From IMG/VR virus record IMGVR_UViG_3300009183_004565: a stretch of 64,000 nucleotides of DNA; one strand, written 5' to 3'. This DNA is from a virus. Lineage: Duplodnaviria; Caudoviricetes. The notes beneath the pieces are model-generated. The model was not told the DNA's origin and did not search any database. It was given only the letters and a program-made list of their open reading frames with translations. The number at the start of each line of letters is the position of its first letter. Position 1 is the first letter of the stretch. Made by a program: the position numbers and the translations under genes. Below are positions 9,182 through 17,362 of this stretch, piece by piece.

Positions 9182-9451
9182 ATGTTTGATTTAAACACAA
9201 AACAAGGTAAGTTGTTCCGCGCTCTCGTCCTTGAAGGAGAGTCACTAACTGCTAGTCAGATTCAGAAGCGTTTTGGCATCAAGAATCCACGTGCTACCGT
9301 TAGCGAAATTCGTTACGCAGGTTTTCCTGTGTATGCTAACACCCGTAAAGCAGGCAACGGCGTTCGTGTAACTGAATACCGTCATGGCAAGGCAAGCCGC
9401 GCACTAGTCGCAGCAGGTTACAAAGCAATTGCAATGGGTCTAGTTGACTAA
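9182..9451 (+). CDS. winged-helix/HTH phage protein
   Basis: LTASQIQKRFGIKNPRATVSEIR; AGGAG RBS; terminator follows. Confidence 0.65.
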   Translation: MFDLNTKQGKLFRALVLEGESLTASQIQKRFGIKNPRATVSEIRYAGFPVYANTRKAGNGVRVTEYRHGKASRALVAAGYKAIAMGLVD

Positions 9452-9471
9452 TTCTAGTTCAACTTTGTAGG

Positions 9472-9498
9472 AAAGGCAGCGCAATGCTGCCTTTTTTT
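9472..9498 (+). terminator. intrinsic terminator
   Basis: AAAGGCAGC-GCAAT-GCTGCCTTT plus T-tract. Confidence 0.85.
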
Positions 9499-9517
9499 AC
9501 GGCTAATAAATATCTGT

Positions 9518-9871
9518 ATGCATAGACGTATCTTTAACCTCGAGCGGGATCTACGCAGTACTTGGTGGTTAGTGGAAAAAGTACAAGCCAAAGATGCTTA
9601 CGCTCAACATTTATATGCCACCTTGTGCAACAACGAGTTTGCACCCCGGGACACTTGGGCTATCCTACAAAATATTAAATGGAGTTGTACCTGGCGCTAT
9701 GCTGGTGGTATTATAGCCGACATACGTGGCTCCGGCGACTACTTAGATTGGTACTGTTCGGGTATGTTTAATGATGGAATAATTGACTGGGAAATGGCCG
9801 AAGAAGGTGTTGTGTACCCAGAAATTGAAGAGGACATCAATAACATAGGTTGGTTAGTTATAACCAAATAA
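9518..9871 (+). CDS. hypothetical protein (apparently leaderless)
   Basis: TAAATA (9507-9512) + 5 nt + ATG, no SD. Confidence 0.7.
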   Translation: MHRRIFNLERDLRSTWWLVEKVQAKDAYAQHLYATLCNNEFAPRDTWAILQNIKWSCTWRYAGGIIADIRGSGDYLDWYCSGMFNDGIIDWEMAEEGVVYPEIEEDINNIGWLVITK

Positions 9872-9898
9872 AAAAAGAGCCCCTAAGGGCTCTTTCTT
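9871..9898. terminator. bidirectional terminator
   Basis: A6-GAGCCC-CTAA-GGGCTC-TTTCTT between convergent genes. Confidence 0.8.
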
Positions 9899-9938
9899 AT
9901 ATGTAGTAATTGTTCGATCCATGCAATGAATCGATTTA

Positions 9939-10586
9939 TTACTTTCCCAATAGGCTGTCAACCTTTGCTTCAACGATATTTAAACGTACTTCAACAGCAT
10001 CTAATGCTGGATCAGCGGGCATAACAACTGCGTCAGCAACTTGTTGCATTACTTCAGGAGCAACAGCGTCAACACCGGTTGCGGTAGCGATAACACCAGA
10101 AACTGCAGCAACAATTTGCTCAACTACTTCTGGTGCTGGAGCTGGAGCATCAGCAACTGCTTGTACAATGGCTTCTGTTAAGGCTACTGGATCCATGACA
10201 ATCTCTGGATCGGCTGTAACAATAGCAGCAACAGCAGCAGCAACTACGTCAGACACCTGAGTATCTACTACTGATTCTGCGGCGTGTTGTTCAGCAATAA
10301 CATCGGCAACAATAGCAGCGGCTTCTGGAACTTCGGCGCTTGGTGATAGTGCAACTAGATCTTCAACTGCTACAGGTGCAGTCGCAGCCGGTGCAGCAAT
10401 AATTTCTTCAATATGTTTTTGAGTTTTTTCAGTAATTAATTGATCAACTTGAACTTCAACTACGGATAATCTTGCATCTAGTTCTTCAACGCTTGTGGCA
10501 TTGTTGGTGTTAACCGCGGTTCCGGTTAATGTTGCTAATTTAGCTTCGACAGCAACCAATCTTGCAGCCAGGTCTTCTAATCTCAT
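9939..10586 (-). CDS. Ala/Val/Glu/Pro-rich protein with three RLxxVExxxxxL helical repeats
   Basis: AAGGAG RBS; Pho-box-like element upstream. Confidence 0.8.
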   Translation of the reverse strand: MRLEDLAARLVAVEAKLATLTGTAVNTNNATSVEELDARLSVVEVQVDQLITEKTQKHIEEIIAAPAATAPVAVEDLVALSPSAEVPEAAAIVADVIAEQHAAESVVDTQVSDVVAAAVAAIVTADPEIVMDPVALTEAIVQAVADAPAPAPEVVEQIVAAVSGVIATATGVDAVAPEVMQQVADAVVMPADPALDAVEVRLNIVEAKVDSLLGK

Positions 10587-10640
10587 GAATAGCTCCTTTT
10601 AAGTTTTTTTGAGTTGGTGTACCATTTTGGAACACGCATG

Positions 10641-10675
10641 TACTTATCATTTGGGTCATTACATTATTGTTACAA
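10641..10675 (-). promoter_or_regulatory. Pho-box-like promoter (minus strand)
   Basis: TGTAAC/TGTAAT direct repeats with 11-bp period (10674-10658), TAAGTA starting 17 nt after the start of the second repeat. Confidence 0.65.
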
Positions 10676-10717
10676 ACTGCAAACTACGCCTAAATATTTT
10701 TTTACCAGATCCCTAAT

Positions 10718-10752
10718 TTGTAACACGCTTGTAATACTAGTGTGCTTAAATA
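10718..10752 (+). promoter_or_regulatory. Pho-box-like promoter of pstS
   Basis: TTGTAAC-ACGC-TTGTAAT (11-bp period), TAAATA at 10747. Confidence 0.7.
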
Positions 10753-10786
10753 TTCACTGTAACGAAATATTTCAAAGGAGAAATTA

Positions 10787-11812
10787 ATGAAGAAGTTTGT
10801 GACATTAGCAGCACTAGTATTTTCTACAGTAGTATCAGCAGCTGATTTAACAGGCGCTGGTGCAACTTTTCCCTACCCAATTTATGCCAAATGGGCAGAA
10901 GCATATAAAGCAGCAACAGGTATAGGACTCAATTATCAATCCATCGGTTCAGGTGGTGGTATTCGTCAAATCAAAGCCAAGACAGTGGACTTTGGTGCCA
11001 GTGATATGCCATTGAAAGTAGAGGAATTAGACAAAGAAGGCTTAATGCAATTCCCCGCAATCATTGGTGGTGTTGTTCCGGTATTCAACCTTGATGGTGT
11101 ACAACCTGGTGAATTGAAACTGACCAGTGATGTAATCGCTAATATTCATCTAGGTAAAATTACCAAATGGAATGATCGAGCAATTGCTGAATTGAATCCT
11201 GGTGTCACACTACCAGCAATCAATATCACTGTTGTGCATCGTGCAGATGGCTCAGGCACAACATTCATTTGGACAAACTATCTGAGCAAAGTAAACGCCG
11301 ACTTTAAGAATACTGTAGGCGAAGGCTCTGCTGTGAAATGGCCAACTGGTGTAGGCGGCAAAGGTAACGAAGGTGTTGCGGCCAACGTTCAACGTGTCAA
11401 AGGCGCTTTTGGTTACGTGGAATATGCCTACGCCAAGAAAAACAAAATTGCGTATGCACAATTGAAAAATCGTGATGGTAACTTTGTACAACCAAGTGAT
11501 GATACATTTAAAGCAGCCGCAGCAGGTGCTGATTGGAACAATGCTCCAGGAATGTATTTGTTACTGACAAACCAAACTGGCAAAGATTCATGGCCAGCAA
11601 CTGGTGCCAGTTTTATCATAATGCACAAGCAACAAGCAGATGCTTTAACTGGTCGTGCTATTCTAAAATTCTTTGATTGGTCGTATAAAAACGGCGCCAA
11701 GATGAGTGAAGATTTGGAATATGTACACATGCCTCAGTCAGTTATCAAGTTAGTTCAAGATAACTGGAAAAAAGAACTCAAAGGACCAGACGGTCAATCA
11801 ATTTGGAAATAA
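10787..11812 (+). CDS. pstS: phosphate ABC transporter substrate-binding protein
   Basis: Signal peptide; TGAGATFPYP, YQSIGSGGG, DFGASD, HRADGSGTT motifs. Confidence 0.97.
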   Translation: MKKFVTLAALVFSTVVSAADLTGAGATFPYPIYAKWAEAYKAATGIGLNYQSIGSGGGIRQIKAKTVDFGASDMPLKVEELDKEGLMQFPAIIGGVVPVFNLDGVQPGELKLTSDVIANIHLGKITKWNDRAIAELNPGVTLPAINITVVHRADGSGTTFIWTNYLSKVNADFKNTVGEGSAVKWPTGVGGKGNEGVAANVQRVKGAFGYVEYAYAKKNKIAYAQLKNRDGNFVQPSDDTFKAAAAGADWNNAPGMYLLLTNQTGKDSWPATGASFIIMHKQQADALTGRAILKFFDWSYKNGAKMSEDLEYVHMPQSVIKLVQDNWKKELKGPDGQSIWK

Positions 11813-11875
11813 ATCATTTGACATACTCTAACACTTTTAATATAGTGTTAGAGTATCAACATAAAGGAAAATGTA

Positions 11876-13291
11876 ATGAAACAATTTAAAATACTAACAG
11901 CGGCTCTGGCAATAGCTATGATGTTTGCTGGCGCAGCACAAGCAGATGAGTACACTGACACGTTAGATATTCTTTTACAAAAAGGAATTCTCACCAAGCA
12001 AGAACACGCTGCCAAAATTGAAGCACATAAAGATCGCTTGGAAAACAAAGAATTCCAATCATCTAGAATTGACAAAGATGTTAAAGACAACAACAACTAT
12101 CGTTTGAGCAAAGTGAATGATGGCGCTGTAATGGAAAATGGTCTTGGGATCAAATCAAAAGATGGCAATACCACAGCACAGTTTACTGGTCGTATTCATA
12201 TGGACTATAGAAGTTATACTCAAACATTTAGTTCTGGTCAAAGCACTGATCCATATCAAGACACACTAGAAGTTCGTCGTGGACGTTTTGGTGTACGTGG
12301 ACAGATTGCCAAAGACTTCAAATATCTGCTACTAGCAAACTTTGGTAACGATGCTGGCGCAAGTTCAACTACATCAACAATTGATGAGTTTTGGTTTAAC
12401 TATGCCGCTATCACAGAAGCACAACTACAAGTTGGTACATTCAAGATGCCTTTCAGTCTTGAACAGTTGACCAGTTCCAACAACATTGACTTTATGGAAC
12501 GTAGCCTGATTGGTCAGACCGAAGGCGAATTTATTCCTGCCAAAGAAACTGGTGTGATGCTGCATGGTATTCCTAGAACAGGATTCACCTATGCGTTGGC
12601 ACTAAGTCGTGGTCGTGCTAACAAGAGTACTACAGTTGATGGTGTAGATGTTATTGGTCGTGTGACTACAAACGTTGCAGAAGTAATTCAGAACAAAGAC
12701 TTTGTAGCACACTTAGGTGCAGCATACAGCACAGGCAATGTCAAAACAGGTGTTGCTCCCGCTAGTGGTCGTACTGAAGGACGTCAACAAAGTGCATGGT
12801 TCACAGGTTCATCTGCAATGAGTGGTGATACTGCACGAACACGCCAGGGCATTGAAGCAGCATTTGCCTGGAAGGGTTTGAAAGTACAGGGTGAGCAATT
12901 CGTCTTTAACTACGATCCTGCTACAGGAACAGACAAAGAGATCAAGGGTCACTATGTTCAAGCAATTTATAACATCACAGGTGAGAGTCACAACTACAAA
13001 GATGGCGTATTTGGTTGGATCAAACCTAACTCTGCTTTCACAAGTGGTGGCAGAGGCGCATGGCAAGTTGGCGTAAGAGCCAGTGAGTTTAATGCCGAAG
13101 ATATTACAGTTGCAACTGGTAAAGCAAATCTAGCAACGTCATTGACTTACGGTATTACTTGGTTTCTGAATGACAATGTACGCATAATGGCAAACTATGT
13201 TGACACCAAATTCAACAAACCAGTTGGTACATCTGGTGCCCGTGTAGATGGTGAACAGGCAGTTATGCTCAGAGGTCAGATCAGTTTCTAA
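11876..13291 (+). CDS. phosphate-selective outer-membrane porin (OprO/OprP family)
   Basis: Signal peptide, TLDILLQKGILT N-terminus, RRGRFGVRG, FSLEQLTSSNNIDFMER, C-terminal Phe; directly after pstS. Confidence 0.88.
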   Translation: MKQFKILTAALAIAMMFAGAAQADEYTDTLDILLQKGILTKQEHAAKIEAHKDRLENKEFQSSRIDKDVKDNNNYRLSKVNDGAVMENGLGIKSKDGNTTAQFTGRIHMDYRSYTQTFSSGQSTDPYQDTLEVRRGRFGVRGQIAKDFKYLLLANFGNDAGASSTTSTIDEFWFNYAAITEAQLQVGTFKMPFSLEQLTSSNNIDFMERSLIGQTEGEFIPAKETGVMLHGIPRTGFTYALALSRGRANKSTTVDGVDVIGRVTTNVAEVIQNKDFVAHLGAAYSTGNVKTGVAPASGRTEGRQQSAWFTGSSAMSGDTARTRQGIEAAFAWKGLKVQGEQFVFNYDPATGTDKEIKGHYVQAIYNITGESHNYKDGVFGWIKPNSAFTSGGRGAWQVGVRASEFNAEDITVATGKANLATSLTYGITWFLNDNVRIMANYVDTKFNKPVGTSGARVDGEQAVMLRGQISF

Positions 13292-13310
13292 TTTCAAAAT
13301 TAGAACAAAT

Positions 13311-13335
13311 AAAAGGCACTTAGGTGCCTTTTTTT
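13311..13335 (+). terminator. intrinsic terminator
   Basis: AAAAGGCAC-TTAG-GTGCCTTTT plus T-tract. Confidence 0.85.
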
Positions 13336-13341
13336 ACGACT

Positions 13342-13376
13342 TTGTAATGGATTTGTAATCTTGCAAACCTTAAATA
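13342..13376 (+). promoter_or_regulatory. Pho-box-like promoter of the plcP-like gene
   Basis: TTGTAAT-GGAT-TTGTAAT (11-bp period), TAAATA at 13371. Confidence 0.7.
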
Positions 13377-13381
13377 ATTAT

Positions 13382-14227
13382 ATGAGCAAGACCTATCGTA
13401 GTATTTTTATCAGTGATATACACCTTGGTACTAAAGACTGTAAGGCTGTTGAGCTAAACAATTTTTTAAAAAATAATACCTGTAACACGTTATATCTTGT
13501 TGGTGATATTATAGATGCATGGAAAATAAAACAGAACAAGTGGCGTTGGAAACAAAGTCATACAAATGTTATACGCCGCATACTGGGTCATGCCAAAAGA
13601 GATACTCGTATTATATATGTACTAGGTAATCACGATGAGTTTTTAAGACCGTTCCTGCAATACAATTTAAATTTTGGAATGGTAGAGTTACATAACCAAT
13701 ACGAGCATATAGGTGCCGACGGTAAACATTATCTAGTCACACACGGTGACCTGTTTGATGGTATTACTAGACTGGCACCTTGGCTTAGTATATTAGGAGA
13801 CAAAGCATATGATTTCATACTTACTCTCAATTCTAGATTCAATTGGCTCCGTCATAGACTTGGCTTTGGTTATTGGAGTCTTAGCCTTTATCTTAAACAA
13901 CGGGTTAAACGAGCTTTAGACTTTATATTCCAGTTTGAAAGAAATCTAGCCGCATACTGTAAAAAGCGTGGATTTGATGGTGTCATATGCGGACACATAC
14001 ATCACGCAGAAATCAAAGAAATAGATGGTGTAGTATACATGAACGACGGTGACTGGGTTGAGTCAATGACAGCATTAGTAGAACATCATAACGGTCGTTG
14101 GGAAATCATAACTTGGACGCAGGAGAAGGATGATGTGGTTGATGATATTGATGGCAGTACACATAAACGATCCACGGGACGTTCCAGCAAAAATGACCTT
14201 GGAGTTCCCGGATCAACAGACGTGTGA
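13382..14227 (+). CDS. plcP: PlcP-like phospholipase C / LpxH-like metallophosphoesterase
   Basis: FISDIHLG, LVGDIID, GNHDE, HGD, GHIHH, NDGDWVES; paired with a GT4 gene as in bacterial plcP-agt loci; ATG 13382 preferred. Confidence 0.75.
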   Translation: MSKTYRSIFISDIHLGTKDCKAVELNNFLKNNTCNTLYLVGDIIDAWKIKQNKWRWKQSHTNVIRRILGHAKRDTRIIYVLGNHDEFLRPFLQYNLNFGMVELHNQYEHIGADGKHYLVTHGDLFDGITRLAPWLSILGDKAYDFILTLNSRFNWLRHRLGFGYWSLSLYLKQRVKRALDFIFQFERNLAAYCKKRGFDGVICGHIHHAEIKEIDGVVYMNDGDWVESMTALVEHHNGRWEIITWTQEKDDVVDDIDGSTHKRSTGRSSKNDLGVPGSTDV

Positions 14228-14287
14228 ACAAAGTGCAAAGTCGATGACGTATTGGGTAAAATTTGAATCATTCAAGATTGATGTAAA

Positions 14288-15301
14288 ATGCGTAAAAAAA
14301 TATTAGTAATAACAGATAACACACCGGATCAGATTAATGGCGTGGTTACAACTTTTAAGAACCTTGAGACCATGGCTGTTCTGGACGGTTATAGTATTGT
14401 ATACCTTACTCCCCGGGAGTTCGTACATTTTGATTGCCCAGGCTACCCTGAAGTTAAATTTGCCTGGCCGTGGGGTCTGGGTAAAAAGATTAAGGAGATA
14501 TCTCCGGATTATATACACATCGCCACAGAAGGTCCTCTTGGTTTGTGTGCTAGACTTTATCTTGACCTCCGGGGCTATAGGTATAATACTAGTTACCATA
14601 CTAAGTTCCCTGAATTTCTAAAAAAGATATACAATGTTCCAGAATGTATTACCTGGGGTTACCTACGTTGGTTCCATAAACACTCAGGCATAGTGTTAAC
14701 TAACACTAATACCATGGTCAATGAATTACGCAGACATGGATTCGAAGGTGGAATCATTCCATGGACTCGCGGAGTCAATAGAGAAGAATTGCAGCCCACA
14801 CAAGCATGGCCTCATCCTAATCCAAGGCCCTTGATATTATACGTGGGCCGTGTTAGTCAAGAAAAAGACATTGATGTAGTATGTCGACTAATTGATACAT
14901 ATGACGTGGTTGTTGTTGGTGACGGACCTGACAGAAAAAGGCTAGAGCAAGAACATCCAGGGTGTCAATTTGTGGGATATAAAACTGGAAAAGAATTAGC
15001 AGACTGGTATGCAAGAGCAGATGTACTGGCTTTTCCTAGTAGAGTTGATACATTTGGTATAGTAATGATTGAAGCAATGAGTCTAGGTACTCCAGTAGCA
15101 GCATACCTAGTACCTGGACCGCAAGATATTATTCGTCAAGGTGTTTCGGGATACATGAGCGAACGATTAAGAGACGCCGTGGACTTATGCTTACATATTC
15201 CTAGAGCCAGAGTTGTAGCAGACAGTGAGCGTTGGACGTGGGAATTATGTTGGGTTATATTTCGTAACAATCTAGTAGATTTAAATCGGGTGCAACAATA
15301 G
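14288..15301 (+). CDS. GT4 glycosyltransferase, Agt-like (glycosyl-diacylglycerol synthase)
   Basis: QINGVVTT, HIATEGPLG, TSYHTKFPE, YVGRVSQEK, FPSRVDTFG..EA motifs. Confidence 0.85.
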   Translation: MRKKILVITDNTPDQINGVVTTFKNLETMAVLDGYSIVYLTPREFVHFDCPGYPEVKFAWPWGLGKKIKEISPDYIHIATEGPLGLCARLYLDLRGYRYNTSYHTKFPEFLKKIYNVPECITWGYLRWFHKHSGIVLTNTNTMVNELRRHGFEGGIIPWTRGVNREELQPTQAWPHPNPRPLILYVGRVSQEKDIDVVCRLIDTYDVVVVGDGPDRKRLEQEHPGCQFVGYKTGKELADWYARADVLAFPSRVDTFGIVMIEAMSLGTPVAAYLVPGPQDIIRQGVSGYMSERLRDAVDLCLHIPRARVVADSERWTWELCWVIFRNNLVDLNRVQQ

Positions 15302-15397
15302 AGCACCGCTGGAACTCGTAACCAGATTTCCCATTGGGGATTTTCATGTATAAATATTAGTATCAAAGGTAAAGAGCGCCTGCCCTTTTATTCAATT

Positions 15398-15649
15398 ATG
15401 TGGGAATGTTTAGTAACATTTTTTTCTATATTTTTTCTCGACATTGTATACACCTACTATCTTAGATGTGTAGCAAATGACAATGTATTAGGTGCGAGTT
15501 TTTGGAGTGTGGCCTGCTACATATTAGGAAGTGTTGCAGTTATTAGCTACACAACAAATCACTGGTTAGTTGTTCCTGCAATTGCTGGCGCATTTTGCGG
15601 AACTTATGTTGGAATGAAGATTAAAAAGCGCCAATCAAAAGACGAGTAA
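15398..15649 (+). CDS. small multi-pass membrane protein
   Basis: Three hydrophobic segments. Confidence 0.65.
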   Translation: MWECLVTFFSIFFLDIVYTYYLRCVANDNVLGASFWSVACYILGSVAVISYTTNHWLVVPAIAGAFCGTYVGMKIKKRQSKDE

Positions 15650-15656
15650 ACACCCC

Positions 15657-16301
15657 ATGAAACCTACCATTGCTATGTTCCTGTACCAGCCCCGAGCGTC
15701 TGTGCAATGTGGAAATGCAATGATGGAGGTTCTTTCTGATTACTACAAATTCAAAATTTTTACCAAGCAGGATATGGAAAAAGATTTCTTTGATGGAGTA
15801 GATATCGTGGCTTTTCCTGGCGGCGATGGGGATAGTGAAAGCTATCATTTTTTAATGAAGCATCACGAAAAACGTATACAAAACTTCGTACAAGACGGTG
15901 GTCGTTATTTAGGTATTTGTATGGGTGCTTATTGGGCCGGAAGCCATTACTTTGATATGCTAGACGGTGTAGATGCTGTACAGTATATTACACAACCCAA
16001 TACAGACACTCGCCGACCTCATGCCAAAGCCTGTCCTGTCAATTGGGACGGAGAAGATATGCGAATGTATTTTTACGATGGCTGTGCTTTAGCAGGTGAC
16101 GAGAGCAAGTTTGACACCATTGCTCGCTATGCAAACGGTGACCCAATGGCCATATTTCAAGACCGTATTGGAATCATGGGCTGTCACCCCGAAAGTGAAC
16201 AATGGTGGTATGAAATACATAACTATCTAAAACCGCATTATCATAACGGATATCATCATCAATTGTTGCTCGAATTTGTTGACCAATTAATGCAACAGTA
16301 G
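15657..16301 (+). CDS. class I glutamine amidotransferase-like (BPL-N type) protein
   Basis: FPGGDG, YLGICMGAY, HPE triad pattern. Confidence 0.75.
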   Translation: MKPTIAMFLYQPRASVQCGNAMMEVLSDYYKFKIFTKQDMEKDFFDGVDIVAFPGGDGDSESYHFLMKHHEKRIQNFVQDGGRYLGICMGAYWAGSHYFDMLDGVDAVQYITQPNTDTRRPHAKACPVNWDGEDMRMYFYDGCALAGDESKFDTIARYANGDPMAIFQDRIGIMGCHPESEQWWYEIHNYLKPHYHNGYHHQLLLEFVDQLMQQ

Positions 16302-16329
16302 TATAATAATTTTTTAGAAGGAGAAGTCA

Positions 16330-16767
16330 ATGAGTAATCTCAAAGGTAGCAAAACAGCTGAATGTCTCAAAGAAGCATTTGCCGGAGAATCAATGGCAAA
16401 TCGTCGTTACTTGTATTTTGCAAACGGTTGCGATATTGCAGGTGAAAATGATCTAGCAGCATTGTTCCGTTCAACCGCCGAAGGTGAAACAGGACATGCA
16501 CATGGTCATATGGAGTATTTGATTGAAGGTGGTGCAGGCGAACCCGGTACAGGCTTACCAGGTAAGACACCACTTGAAATGTTACAAGCAGCAATTCATG
16601 GCGAAACACACGAGTACACAGACATGTATCCGGGTATGGCACGTACTGCCCGTGACGAAGGATTTGATGAAGTTGCTGATTGGTTTGAAACATTGGCCAA
16701 AGCAGAACGCAGTCACGCCAATCGTTATCAAAAAGCACTAGAGAAGTACACTGCTGATAATGCCTAA
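16330..16767 (+). CDS. rbr: rubrerythrin (short, no rubredoxin domain)
   Basis: [44 protein letters not shown]. Confidence 0.93.
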   Translation: MSNLKGSKTAECLKEAFAGESMANRRYLYFANGCDIAGENDLAALFRSTAEGETGHAHGHMEYLIEGGAGEPGTGLPGKTPLEMLQAAIHGETHEYTDMYPGMARTARDEGFDEVADWFETLAKAERSHANRYQKALEKYTADNA

Positions 16768-16801
16768 CATGGTGTGGCTAAAGTTTTAAACAGTTAAACA
16801 C

Positions 16802-16822
16802 AAGCCCCCATTGGGGGCTTTT
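16802..16822 (+). terminator. intrinsic terminator
   Basis: AAGCCCCC-ATT-GGGGGCTT plus T-tract. Confidence 0.8.
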
Positions 16823-16836
16823 TCGACGGAGATTAA

Positions 16837-17070
16837 ATGGAAACACAACTAAGAACAACAGTTAAAACCATAATATGGAGATTAATTTGTATTTTGGGTT
16901 TAGCTTACTGGACTGGTTTAGGCGGATCAATATTAATAAATATTTTTTTCATGACACTTTATTACATACATGAAAGAATTTGGTTGAGAATCAGTTGGGG
17001 TCGCTCCAGCCATTCATTAGATCAAAATAATGATTTTACGCATACTGACGCAGCGCAACATCGTGTATAG
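16837..17070 (+). CDS. DUF2061-like small membrane protein
   Basis: ETQLRTTVKTIIWRL...YYIHERIWLRISWG. Confidence 0.7.
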   Translation: METQLRTTVKTIIWRLICILGLAYWTGLGGSILINIFFMTLYYIHERIWLRISWGRSSHSLDQNNDFTHTDAAQHRV

Positions 17071-17117
17071 TAATCATACATACTAATGCAGTATGTCACT
17101 TTTTAAGGAGAAATAAA

Positions 17118-17192
17118 ATGGCATGGATTACACCAGCAGCACAAGATATGCGTTTTGGTTTTGAAATCACAATGTATATTGCAAATAGATAA
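17118..17192 (+). CDS. pqqA: PQQ precursor peptide PqqA
   Basis: MAWITPAAQDMRFGFEITMYIANR (24 aa) with E-x3-Y core; AAGGAG RBS and own terminator; absent from the ORF track. Confidence 0.92.
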   Translation: MAWITPAAQDMRFGFEITMYIANR

Positions 17193-17193
17193 T

Positions 17194-17218
17194 AAAAAAG
17201 GCTTCGGCCTTTTTTTTT
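17194..17218 (+). terminator. intrinsic terminator after pqqA
   Basis: AAAAAAGGC-TTCG-GCCTTTTTT plus T-tract. Confidence 0.85.
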
Positions 17219-17362
17219 ATAATTTTTTAATCAAATTGATAAATAATTATGTTGACTAGTCCTTAGTCATCTTGTATAATTCAATTAACAGAATTAGTCT
17301 TTCTGTTTTGCACTAAAAACAAATCCACACAAAACCATTTTATATCAAGGAGAACAATTTAA

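Noticed and set aside
11824-11857. Palindrome ACTCTAACACT..AGTGTTAGAGT between pstS and the porin as a novel ncRNA
   Set aside because: Short, lacks a U-tract and overlaps a TTGACA promoter-like site; more simply an operator or mRNA-stabilising hairpin, with too little evidence to call.
13361-13381. TTG start at 13361 for the phosphoesterase
   Set aside because: It overlaps the promoter element; ATG 13382 matches the family N-terminus (xYRSIFISD).
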